A stretch of DNA of 64,000 nucleotides from the NCBI GenBank assembly GCA_002269645.1, contig NIVC01000240.1, positions 372,001 to 436,000 on the forward strand, written 5' to 3'. Positions within the stretch are counted from its first letter, which is position 1. Each line of letters starts with the position of its first letter. The stretch is from Macrostomum lignano (taxonomy: Eukaryota). Shown here piece by piece: positions 1-27,510 of this stretch. The notes beneath the pieces were generated by a model, which did not search any database, was not told the DNA's origin, and worked only from the letters and a program-made list of their open reading frames with translations. A program made the translations under genes and the position numbers.

Positions 1-2
1 GC

Positions 3-1403
3 GAAAAGATCAGCGACTTCGTTGCCGCGCTGCGAAACCTGGCTTCGAACTGCGACTTCAAGACCTTCCAGGAGGAGATGCTGCGTGACCAGCTCGTCGA
101 GAAAGTGCTCAGCAACCACATCAGGGAGCGACTGCTTATGGAGCCGGAGCTGACCTTGGCGACAGCTGTGCAGTTGGCGGAGCGACTGGAAACTGGACTG
201 CTGGAGGCCCAGGCCATCAAGGGAGGCAGCCACACAGACCCAAACAGCTCGTGTGGAGTCCAGCAGATCAGCAAGGCCAAGAACAGTGGAGCAGCGGCAA
301 GACAGCACGAGGCACTGAAGTCGACAGCCGACGGCCGGAGCTGCGGCTACTGTGGCTCAGCGGCGCATGTCGGTGGACAGACCTGCCCAGCAAAGGGGCA
401 GAAGTGCAAGTCCTGCGGCAAGCGCGGGCACTTCGCCAGAGTCTGCAGGAGCGGCAACCGAGTGCGACAGCTTCAGGATGAGTACTCCATCTGCACTGTG
501 TCGACAGCTGCGGCAGCAAGCAAGCACTGCGAGGTGCTGCTGAACGGGAGGCCTGTCAAGCTGCTCGTTGACTCCGGTTCGCGAGTCTCCATCATCACCA
601 AGACGACGTACAATAGACTTCTGTCCAACGTGCCCCTGCAGGCGTCATCACGGAAGCTGGTCGCTTTCAACGGCAGCAAGATCGGCGTGCTTGGTGATAT
701 CCTGACCTCGGTGCAACTCAAGGACAAAGTAGTGCCTTACGTCAACCTTAGCGTGGTTAATACCGGATCTGACATCCTGGGGTGCGACCTCATGGATCAG
801 CTGGGACTGTGGATCGTCACTGCAGACGGTGAGCGAGTGCAGACAGTCGGCACCAGAGCCCTGCCTGACTGGATCCCAGGCCGGTTCGATCAGTTGACTC
901 AGGGACTCGGACACATCAAAGGATTTCAGCACAGGCTGCGAGTCAACCCCGCGGTGCAACCGACTGCTCAACCGTTGCGCAGAGTGCCGCTCAGCTTAAG
1001 AGATTCGGTTCAAAAGAAGTTCAAGTGGCTCAAAAGAACCCGACCGCCTCAATTAGGGTGCGGCGACCTGGTGCGAGTGCGATCTCCGCGGATGCGAGGC
1101 AAGCTGCAGAGCCACGTGTCACCACCTCTACGGGTCAGCGACATCATCAGCCCGACGATCGTCAGGTTAGAGGACGGCTCAAGGTGGCACACCAGCCTCT
1201 GTATGCCTCATGCGGAGCCCGAGGGTGCCAGCACGACTTCGGCAACGGCAATGCCGCCACAGCCGCCAGTGGCTGCAGAGCCGGCAGCGCCAGAAGGCCC
1301 GACGGACCCGCCGCCGGCGACCGCTGAGGCCGACGCGGAGCTGCGGCGCAGTACGCGACTGCGGGCACCACCGTTGTGGTACGGCCAGGTCGTGACGCAT
1401 TGA
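3..1403 (+). CDS. Gag (CCHC zinc knuckles) - aspartic protease - first residues of RT fused in frame to an integrase C-terminal tail; ORF open from the window edge
   Basis: EKISDFVAALRNLASNCDF...LRDQLV gag motif; CGYCGSAAH and CKSCGKRGHFARVC knuckles; LLVDSGS protease; QPLRRVPLSLRDSV (RT start) runs straight into ..GDLVRVR..PLRV..RLEDGSRWH..LRRSTRLRAPP (integrase tail). No YxDD, RNase H or DDE core. Confidence 0.85.
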   Translation, partial: EKISDFVAALRNLASNCDFKTFQEEMLRDQLVEKVLSNHIRERLLMEPELTLATAVQLAERLETGLLEAQAIKGGSHTDPNSSCGVQQISKAKNSGAAARQHEALKSTADGRSCGYCGSAAHVGGQTCPAKGQKCKSCGKRGHFARVCRSGNRVRQLQDEYSICTVSTAAAASKHCEVLLNGRPVKLLVDSGSRVSIITKTTYNRLLSNVPLQASSRKLVAFNGSKIGVLGDILTSVQLKDKVVPYVNLSVVNTGSDILGCDLMDQLGLWIVTADGERVQTVGTRALPDWIPGRFDQLTQGLGHIKGFQHRLRVNPAVQPTAQPLRRVPLSLRDSVQKKFKWLKRTRPPQLGCGDLVRVRSPRMRGKLQSHVSPPLRVSDIISPTIVRLEDGSRWHTSLCMPHAEPEGASTTSATAMPPQPPVAAEPAAPEGPTDPPPATAEADAELRRSTRLRAPPLWYGQVVTH

Positions 1404-1433
1404 TTGCCAGCTGTGAAGGGAATTAGTGACTGT

Positions 1434-1647
1434 TAAGGAGGAGGGTGAATGTTGTAAAGTGAGTTTACTCACTGGGTTGTTTTGCTAGTCGGTGTTTGGG
1501 GGTCAAGGGATCCGTTGTACATGCGCGCTCTGTTTGTATATGTACATGCGTTCTCGAGTAAATATATGAATAGCTCCACCCTTTGGGTGAGGGTTTGAAT
1601 TTTGTTTGTTGGACTAAACCTGACTGGCTTGTCTCTCGCTCACCACA
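1434..1647 (+). repeat. PPT plus 3' LTR (~198 bp, TG...CA)
   Basis: Purine tract immediately followed by TGTTGTAAAG at 1450; ends CACCACA at 1647, where a minisatellite begins. Confidence 0.7.
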
Positions 1648-2066
1648 AGAGCCTGAAGTAGGTGAGACCAATTAGAGCCTGAAGTAGGTGAGACAAATTA
1701 GTACCCTCAATCAGGTGAGATCAATTAGCAACCCCAATCGGTGAGACCAATTAGCAACCCCAACCAGGTGAGACCAATTAGCAACCCCAACCAGGTGAGA
1801 CCAATTAGCAACCCCAATCAGGTGAGACCAATTAGCACCCTCAAACAGGTGACACCAATTAGCACCCTCAAACAGGTGAGACCAATTAGCACCCTCAAAC
1901 AGGTGACACCAATTAGCACCCTCAAACAGGTGACACCAATTAGCACCCTCAAACAGGTGAGACCAATTAGCACCCTCAAACAGGTGACACCAATTAGCAC
2001 CCTCAACTAGATGAGACCAATTACAGAAGGTACCCTCAACCACGTAAGACCAATTAGCACCCTCAG
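1648..2066. repeat. 27-bp minisatellite (CAGGTGAGACCAATTAGCACCCTCAAA), intronic
   Basis: About 15 direct tandem copies; the source of the repetitive ORFs 1711-2043 etc. Confidence 0.95.
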
Positions 2067-2077
2067 CCAGTCCTTAC

Positions 2078-18369
<16,292 letters not shown>

Positions 18370-20862
18370 GGCCGGCGGTGTGGGGGCGAGTGAGGGCGAC
18401 ACTATAGGGCGATGCTGTCTCCGAGCTGTGCCATGGGGCCTCTGGGATTTGCGGATGTCCGCATGCGGGATTTGAAATGAACGATTGAGAGAAGAAGCCG
18501 CTCCCAGGCTTTGTGTGTGTGCGGGGCCGCGCCTCTTTTACTGGGGGGGGGGGGGGGGCTGGCCGGGCTTTCCTGATGGGGTGGCCGATCAGGGAGAGAA
18601 CTGGAGCAGATTGGGCCGGGAGAGAAAGGGGGCCTGCCGCTGTGGCACCTCTCAGACCTTGATCAGCAGCCCGCGCAGTCAACTTCGGGTGCCAACTATC
18701 AGATATCTGGCATTGGCAATTTGCTTAGCCAACCAATCAGAAGCCGCACCCCCCCCCCTCAAGCTCATTGCCCTCAGACTCGCTTGCGACAGTTGGCCTC
18801 TATTTGAGCCGTATTGAATTTCTCAGTTTTAATTTAAATTTTGTTCAGCCTCAACCCCCGGGCGCGGCCGCTTTGGGGCATGCCAGTTTATGCCCGAAGA
18901 GGTTTTGTATCCGGGTGTGTTTTTTATCATTTTTCTTGCTTTTTTTATGATGCCCCCCAGCAGCTGATGCTGAACCGCCCAGTGACAATAGCAGATAATG
19001 AGCCGCTGCCTTCCGTTTGGCAATAAGTCAAGTGTCACGGGATGGTTGGGACTGGATACTGCGGGCTGGGGAGAGAGAAGCTGGATGATGAGGATGGCGA
19101 TGATGATTAAGATGAAAAATTTATCACCGACCGATTGCAGCTCCGGAGAGGTCTATGGGTAGAGGGAGAGAGATTAGGGGAAAAGATAGAGGTGCGCCCC
19201 CCCCAGCATCCGCTGGCCGCTGGTCTGATGACGATCGCCGGCCCTCAGGGATCGGGGATCTGCAGTCAGTCAGACAGGGAGAATATGAGAGGAAAACTCC
19301 TCTTGTCCTTCTTTCCTGTGTTCCGGCCTTTGCGCGCGCTCTGGGGGGGGGAAGGGTAGCCCGGTTTGCGATTTATTTTTGCGTTTCGCCCCATTCACCT
19401 GACTGACTGGCCACTCAGGCTGCTCAGGGGGAGGGGTTAGGCGCTGGGAATTGACTCATTTCTGGAGCTCTATTGGAGAAACAGTTGGATGGCGCAGGGG
19501 ATAATTGGAGCTGCTGAGTGCCGATGCAGTGCAAACACAGCGCAATGCACTCCTGGCCGATGCAGCAGTAAACAGTGGTGACTGACGCGGCTACAGAGGG
19601 CATGTTAAAGCGGGGAGATTGATAGGTAATAAATTGTTGTGTCCTACTATGCTGCTTGGGTGACGCGGATCGGCTCAGATAGGTGAAATCAGCGGACCGA
19701 ACCGGATTCCTCTCTCTGTGTATCGCTCTGGAAACGCTCTGCAATAGTCCAGGTGCTGGGCTCGAGGCTCGAATTCTTCTCTTTTCTTGCTGTCTTCGCT
19801 GTGGACTACTCGGCAGTGGGGAAGACGATCGCCGATTGGGCGAGACAGTCCATGGGAAGGGGCAGACAGATCCGGGAAGATAGATACAGGACAACTGCGA
19901 TACAAAAAAGGAATTCTGAAATAAATTTTTCCTCACTACCCTCGGCCACGCGATGGGATCCTCTTTTCTGCCTGCCTGCCTGCCTGGCTGTCTCCTCAGG
20001 CTCCGACATCTCTCCTCCCCTCCCCAGTGTCCCCAAGCGCTTGCCCCGGATCGGTTCAAAGTCAGGTGCTGCCGTCTCTCCCTCTCTGCCCAGCCAGTCA
20101 AGGCGGAGAAAGTTGAAAAGAAAACAGAAGAAATTTTAAAAGTAACTTAAGATGTGAGAGACGCAGGAGGCGCTCTGTAGCCACTTGCCCACGCCGGTCT
20201 CTCTCTCTCTCTTTCTTCTGCTTTTCATGTCTGCTGCTTTTACCTTTCAGTTTCCGACCGCACCAAAGCCGCCCGTTTTAAAAGAGACAAGTGCGCCGAT
20301 GAGGGGGGGGGGGCTGCGGTTCAATTTAGGGATCCAAGATTAGGAAAGAACTTTTGTCAGCTGGCACGATGAGGCGATGGTGAGGTTAAAACACAAAATT
20401 CCGCGCAATGCATAAGAATGAATTTCAGCTGTACATGTAGTGGATAGTAGAAAGATTTGAAGATCCTTACATGCCCGCCGTTGAGCGCATGAGGAGGGCT
20501 GAGAGATTGAACGTGAAGTACCATTAGGGAACTTTCGCCAGCCCAAGGGAATTATCTGGAGAGAGAGACAGACAGGCAGGGGGTCGGTCCCCAGCACTCG
20601 GAAGCACCCGCCGAGCTTGATATTGAAGGACAGGCGGTCAGTTCAAGGCACTGTCCTCTCCTGTGACGCTTTTTAATGGCCAGTGGGGGGGACTGGCTGA
20701 GTCTTGGCCTTGCAATATTCGAAGTGGTTAGCATGGAGAATGCTTGAGAATGGGGGACTTCCTAAATAAGATGCGATGAGGGACAGATGAACCAACAAAT
20801 GAGAAGGAAATTACTGACATTGGGCTACTAGATATAGCAACTGCACGTGAAGGCTGGAGGGA

Positions 20863-21852
20863 ATGAGGAGATTCTGAACAATCACTCAGATGTCTATGAG
20901 GAGATTCTGAACAATCGCTCAGGTGTCTATGAGGAGATTCTTAACAATCGCTCAGGTGTCTATGAGGAGATTCTGAACAAGGGCGCAGGTGTCTATGAGG
21001 AGATTCTGAACAATCACTCAGGTGTTTATGAGGAGATTCTGAACAATCACTCAGGTGTCTATGAGGTGATTCTGAACAATCGCTCAGGTGTTTAAGAGGT
21101 GATTCTGAACAAGCGCTCAGGTGTCTATGAGGTGATTCTGAACAATCACTCAGGTGTCTATGAGGAGATTCTGAACAATCACTCAGGTGTCTATGAGGTG
21201 ATTCTGAACAATCGCTCAGGTGTTTAAGAGGTGATTCTGAACAAGCGCTCAAGTGTCTATGAGGAGATTCTGAACAATCACTCAGGTGTCTATGAGGAGA
21301 TTCTGAACAATCACTCAGGTGTCTATGAGGTGATTTTGAACAATCACTCAGGTGTTTAAGAGGTGATTCTGAACAAGCGCTCAAGTGTCTATGAGGAGAT
21401 TCTGAACAATCACTCAGGTGTCTATGAGGAGATTCTGAACAATCACTCAGGTGTCTATGAGGAGATTCTGAACAATCACTCAGGTGTCTATGAGGTGATT
21501 CTGAACAATCACTCAGGTGTCTATGAGGAGATTCTGAACAATCACTCAGGTGTCTATGAGGTGATTCTGAACAAGCGCTCAGGTGTTTAAGAGGTGATTC
21601 TGAACAATCACTCAGGTGTCTGAGGAGATTCTGAACAAGCGCTCAGGTGTTTAAGAGGTGATTATGAACAAGCGCTCAGGTGTTTAAGAGGTGATTATGA
21701 ACAAGCGCTCAGGTGTTTAAGAGGTGATTGTGAACAAGGACGCAGGTGTTTAAGAGGTGATTATGAACAAGGGCGCAGGTGTTTAAGAGGTGATTATGAA
21801 CAAGCGCTCAGGTGTTTAAGAGGTGATTATGAACAAGCGCTCAGGTGTTTAT
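20863..21852. repeat. 33-bp minisatellite (GAGGAGATTCTGAACAATCACTCAGGTGTCTAT)
   Basis: About 30 tandem copies, drifting in sequence toward the right end. Confidence 0.95.
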
Positions 21853-22086
21853 GAGCTGATTCGCAGGTCTATGGTCGGGTTTTCGCTAGCTTTGCTTTAA
21901 ATGACAAATTACACCAAGGCAAATCATGGGGAAATTAAGTTTCTATCAAGTTAGTCTAAAGATTCCAAGGATTCACATCTGGATTATTTTGGTTGCAAGA
22001 TGTTTAACACACTATTGTTCTATAGTAGAGAAGTTGAAAATATATGGTAAAAAATTCTGCTTGATTAAGCCCAGTTAGCGACCAGT

Positions 22087-23105
22087 GAAGGGGGAAATCG
22101 CTCAATCACCCAAGTTCAGGGGGAAATCGCTCAATCACCCAAGTTCAGGGGGAAATCGCTCAATCACCCAAGTTCAGGGGGAAATCGCTCAATCACCCAA
22201 GTTCAGGGGGAAATCGCTCAATCACCCAAGTTCAGGGGGAATCGCTCAATCACCCAAGTTCAGGGGGAATCGCTCAATCACCCAAGTTCAGGGGGAAATC
22301 GCTCAATCACCCAAGTTCAGGGGGAAATCGCTCAATCACCCAAGTTCAGGGGGAATCGCTCAGCCATCCAAGAGTTCAGGGGAAATCGCTCAATCACCCA
22401 AGTTCAGGGGGGAATCGCTCAGCCATCCAAGAGTTCAGGGGGAATCGCTCAGCCATCCAAGAGTTCAGGGAGAATCGCTCAGCCATCCAAGAGTTCAGGG
22501 AGAATCGCTCAGCCATCCAAGAGTTCAGGGAGAATCGCTCAGCCATCCAAGAGTTCAGGGGAATCGCTCAGCCATCCAAGAGTTCAGGGAGAATCGCTCA
22601 GCCATCCAAGAGTTCAGGGAGAATCGCTCAGCCATCCAAGAGTTCAGGGAGAATCGCTCAGCCATCCAAGAGTTCAGGGAGAATCGCTCAGCCATCCAAG
22701 AGTTCAGGGAGAATCGCTCAGCCATCCAAGAGTTCAGGGAGAATCGCTCAGCCATCCAAGAGTTCAGGGAGAATCGCTCAGCCATCCAAGAGTTCAGGGA
22801 GAATCGCTCAGCCATCCAAGAGTTCAGGGAGAATCGCTCAGCCATCCAAGAGTTCAGGGAGAATCGCTCAGCCATCCAAGAGTTCAGGGAGAATCGCTCA
22901 GCCATCCAAGAGTTCAGGTGGAATAGCTCAGCCATCCAAGAGTTCAGGGGGAATCGCTCAGCCATCCAAGAGTTCAGGGAGAATCGCTCAGCCATCCAAG
23001 AGTTCAGGGAGAATCGCTCAGCCATCCAAGAGTTCAGGGGGAATCGCTCAGCCATCCAAGAGTTCAGGGAGAATCGCTCAGCCATCCAAGAGTTCAGGGG
23101 AAATC
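22087..23105. repeat. Minisatellite switching from a 29-bp to a related 30-bp unit
   Basis: AAGTTCAGGGGGAAATCGCTCAATCACCC, then GAATCGCTCAGCCATCCAAGAGTTCAGGGA. Confidence 0.95.
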
Positions 23106-23388
23106 ACTCAGCTTTGGCGGCTTGCTGAGCAAGGCAAATCTTAAAGGAACACGGTTGGTTTTATATTTGAATTTGCCCGTGGGCTAAATAGAGTAGCGCG
23201 GTGCGTAAAAGCAAAAGTGGTGTCATAGACTACGAGTGAAAGTCATTAGGCTAGCCGCCACACAGCTCCCCCAGCACCAAGCTACTTCCAAAGTGTACTG
23301 GCCGACACTTCCAATGAGGCTGTCGCTTGACGTTAGCTGCTTACGACCCCCTCTGATTTTCCAATTAACGCCCTTAAAACATGGGTAT

Positions 23389-23896
23389 TATTGGTTTTGT
23401 CAGCCTAACTGAGAATAAAGCCATCCAAAGTGAGAATCCTGCCTACGCTGACTGCGAAGGGCCTGGCTGCGTGCAGCCTTAGTCTATGGGCCATAGACTA
23501 TAAAGGACAAGCAAAGTGATAAAAAGACATCCAATGTGAGAATCCTGCCTACGCTGAATACGAAGGGCCTAGCTGCGTCCAGCCTAGTCTATGAGCCATA
23601 TGGGTCTAGGATTTTAACTCTTTACTTTACTGTACTGTATCATCCAGTGTGTTCCTGTTTCCGTTATTCCGTTCAAGCTATTGGCTAGTCATATGGCTCA
23701 GAAGGTATAAAAATAAAAGAATACGACGCATAGACCAATCGATTCTCACATTGGATGGCTTTTTATCACTTTGCTTGTCCTTTATTGTCTATGGCCCATA
23801 GACTAAGGCTGCACGCAGCCGGGCCCTTCGCAGTCAGCGTAGGCAGGATTCTCACTTTGGATGGCTTTATTCTCAGTTAGGCTGACAAAACCAATA
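23389..23896. mobile_element. Fold-back/MITE-like element with 156-bp inverted arms
   Basis: 23389-23544 is the near-perfect reverse complement of 23741-23896; each arm contains GTCTATGG-N-CCATAGAC. Confidence 0.8.
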
Positions 23897-24217
23897 TTAT
23901 TTATTACCCAGTTAGGCCCGGTCATAGACTAAGAAAAGCATTTATTTGATGCGAAAAAAATTATTTGGCCGGGCCAATAAATTATTTATTGGCCCGAGTA
24001 CTTTAGAATTTCTGTTTGAACGAAATGACGTGTAAGAAACGAAGAACGAACGAAGAACTGCAGTTTCGTCATTAAGTTCTCAAAAAACAAGCATTGTTAA
24101 TCGAAAGTAATCGTGACCTTATTCGATTCGCCACAGATCTCGATTCGCATCTTCTTAGGACTAGGACTCTCGGAGTTAACGGTGCCAGTTGACTGTTGTC
24201 CTTGGTGGGCATCAGCA

Positions 24218-24685
24218 TTAGAAGAGGGAGCAGTAGTACCTCCAGAGGTAGTAATGACAGCAGAAGACTGGCTCTGGCAGACTATAAGATAGAAGATAAT
24301 TCAGATCTTGCTTCGTCATCTCCGAGAGATCTTTCAGGACCATTAACGATGGACCACCACCCGTTGACCAAGCAGTCTTCTTCTGCTCATGCCAATGCTT
24401 GAATAAGCTAACGATCCAATCAGCCTTCTTTTTAGTATTTTCAGGTGTCGCTTTATTCAGTTGCAAATTCAACTCCAACTCGTTCATCAACGCATGCCGA
24501 CTCGAAACCACTCCATCACGTTGTTTGTCGCCTTCGGCCACCATGAGCACGTCAAGATTAAAATCCATGTCCGGCAGAGTCAAGTCAAGTAAGTCGTCAG
24601 GAATACTCATTGTGATTTTAGTATTTTGATAAGTCGTTGGTAGTACGTTGCAGGATTTTATCTTAACTTTCCTCTCACTTGACAT
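24218..24685 (-). pseudogene. Crypton (DUF3504/tyrosine-recombinase) N-terminal fragment
   Basis: NKATPENTKKKADWIVSLFKHW...LSEMTKQDLNYLLSY matches the P.NT.K.T.W....F..W...L..M....LN..L..F motif of CryptonA/KCTD1/ZMYM-type proteins; similarity stops after NYLLSY. Confidence 0.65.
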
Positions 24686-25322
24686 GAACTGAGTAATAAG
24701 TATATAATCTCTCCCGTTTATTAAACCAATATTGATGGGCTGCAGAGGGCAGAAACGAGCTATAACGCCGAGGAGTGTTAGCTCGTTTCTGCCCGATACG
24801 GCCCATCCATACTAGTGTTATAGTTAGCGGGCGTGAAACCGCATTTCACGGGCCGCTGAGACTGTCTATGGTAAAATCCCATTCACTCCAATGCATTCAG
24901 TCGGTTTCACGGCCCACTGAAAATGTCTATGGCAAAGTCAGAAGAAAGGGGGGTCAAGGGGGCGTTGAGCCCCTTGCGGGGGTGCACACCAGCACACAAG
25001 ACAAAAAAAGAAATAATGAAATCCAAAAAATGTCTATGGCCAAAACTCCTTATTTTGCGAATTGAAAAAATAGTAACTGTTACTAAGAATTATTAAGCAG
25101 CACTAAGCTTTACTTTTAGACCTGAAAGTAAAGCTTTTAGGCCTTAGAAACGAGTTTGAAGTCGTTCTGGCCATAGACGAATGAATAAACGGGAGAGATA
25201 GTATTTTTCCACAACTTGGCTTGGTCTTGTGGAAAAAAAGAACTATAGCTCAACAGTCTATGGTTCTGATCGAAACGGAACAGTCCCGAGTTTGATGCGA
25301 TAGCGATGGTTTGATGCTGTGT

Positions 25323-25643
25323 AAGCCTGACATTTGCCGCGTCACAGGCCATTCGAGCTCTGCTCTTGAGCGCTATGTTGGAGTGTCAGTGAAGAAGCAA
25401 ATGAGCTGCAGATCAGCCGCTCTGCTGTAGGTGCTGCAGATGCTTCGACCTCAAGGACTCCGACGGTTGCCACTGCTCGTGATGCTGGAGGCGCTCCGAC
25501 AACTGGGACTACGACGGTTACCATTGTTCCTGATGCTGGAGGCGCTCCGACAACAGGGTCTACGACAGTTTCTACTGCTCCTGCGAAGAAAATGCGAATC
25601 GAAGTTTCTAGAAATGATAACACCGTCGTGATCACTATGGAGT
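25323..25643 (+). pseudogene. Crypton-like tyrosine recombinase C-terminal fragment (frameshifted)
   Basis: Hand translation KPDICRVTGHSSSALERYV (TGH...Y catalytic motif), frameshift to VSEE..LQISRSAVG, a low-complexity 51-bp duplication, then PAKKMRIEVSRNDNTVVITME*. Confidence 0.6.
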
Positions 25644-26063
25644 GAGGAAGACAAAAAGTGCTTTACTGTCATTGACTATCAGTCTATTAGCGTTAGTGTC
25701 AACCATAGTTGCTTTTTGTGGCCTTTTTGTTGTTTTTGTCAGTTCCAAATAAATCGTTTCTTCGTCCGGGACAAATAAATATTTATTCGTCCCGGACAAA
25801 TAAATGATTCAACACTAGACCATAGACTTACTTGACCGGGACAAGTGGGGGATAAATACATCATTCCCCACTTGTTTAACTTATCTATGGTCGTAATCGT
25901 CTTCAGACGCTTAGGACCAAAATAAATAAAACAAGTGGGGAATAACATATACTGTGCCATAGACACTTGTGTCCTTGACAAAGTGGGGCAGAATAATCGG
26001 GGGTAAATATAAGATTTTCTATGAGTTTGAGGTCGGTATGTGATTAAATCCCGAGAGCCGAAC

Positions 26064-26255
26064 CCCCACATTCTTACCATAGACAAAATTTCATTAAGAA
26101 ATTTCTCGAGTCACGAAGGAAGAGAAGAGAGAAGCTCGCTTATTTAGATACATACAATAATCCTTGCAATATGTCCAGGAAAGTGATCGATCAAATCCGG
26201 CAAAATAAAATCTATGTCAATAACCTCCCTGAAAGTGAGCTTTAAAGTGGTTTAA
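26064..26255 (+). repeat. ~190-bp dispersed repeat, copy 1 (copy 2 at 28627-28818)
   Basis: Near-identical CCCCACATTCTTACCATAGACAAA...GAGCTTTAAAGTGGTTTAA. Confidence 0.85.
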
Positions 26256-27510
26256 ATGTCAATAACTGCCCGCTAATTTGCATTAAAGTAAGTTTAAAGC
26301 ATTAAAGTCCTGCAAGCGGGCTTAAATGTAGTCTATGGCATTAAGAGGCAAGAAAAAGTGCCCAGCAGGCACAAAGGTCATGGTACAATACAGTTGTCGG
26401 GGACTTGAAACAAATGAAGCATAGTGTTGAATGAAGACACAATTCAGCTCTTTCAACAGTCCCTCAACTCTTTTTAACCGTTGTACTGGGCAAATTACCA
26501 TCGACTAATCATGGATGCTTATCGATTCGTCAGCGTGCACCAAATTCTTGTCTGTCGTTGAGTTGCACTGTTGCAGCTAGTCAATATGACAGTGTGAGAG
26601 AAGCACGTCTTGCGCGTGCAATATTGTACATACTGGGTAACATAAAAAAGTTCCCACCCTCACGCACATCCACTTTCAAAAGAATTTTTTTAGACTTTCT
26701 TGCAAGTTTCGACAAATCGAAGAGAACAGGAAACAATAATTAACGCAAACAGATGCAAACGCATCTCTGCTATCCTTCATGCATTGGTGATCCAGTCGAC
26801 TGTGTCCTTTAAAATAACAACTTGATTTTTGGCAGTGCCCAAAGCCCAACTGCAAACCAACTAGCACTACATTACAGCTGATGTTAGACATACATGACCT
26901 GACCCTGTGTGTAGCAGTATTCTCTGTAAACAGTATGCATCATAGATGAATATATTTTAATGTCATGCTCGTCACATCAGATGAATATTGATCCACTCAG
27001 AAATCGAATTTTATATTTACAAAATATTGTTATTCATTGTTATTCATGTTTTGGAACTACGCTCGTATGAGGTTTTCCAAGATGCACTCACAGTGCACAT
27101 GTATTCTCACGTTAAAGGATAAATTCAAAACCATCGGGTGGATTTTCCTAAGTCCATAGTAACCAATGCAAGTTCAGAACTCTCTAGTGCTGCTGCTTTC
27201 CATGTTTACTTTTATTCCTCGTGGGTGGGTAGCAACGGGTTTTTTCTATGATTACACACGTTTAAGTCCCGGCGGTGAACACAGTGTTTGCTCATTCTGT
27301 TCGGTACGAATCCTCTGCTAATCCGGGGGTTGAGTTCCAACTAACCCATTGTTTGCTTTGATTTCGGCCAGTGACTTTTTAGTTAGCTGGTCGAGCTTAG
27401 GGAAGTAATAGCACTTTTCAGACCAACGGGGCTCATAAGTAAGTGTATAATATAAAATAAGATATTGCTTATTTAATGATTAGTTAATTTTATCATTATG
27501 AGCCGGGAAA

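Larger units (their letters stand above)
1..1647 (+). mobile_element. Ty3/Gypsy LTR retrotransposon, 3' part, internally deleted; inserted antisense in an intron of the CUB gene
   Basis: Gag-protease ORF, then polypurine tract TAAGGAGGAGGGTGAA (1434-1449), then an LTR-like segment TGTTG...CACCACA (1450-1647). The 5' end lies outside the window. Confidence 0.88.

Noticed and set aside
19424-20101. 225-aa minus-strand ORF as a separate gene
   Set aside because: No recognisable domain; it lies upstream of the CUB gene ATG and is more likely 5'-UTR/promoter (possible donor at 19399/19398).
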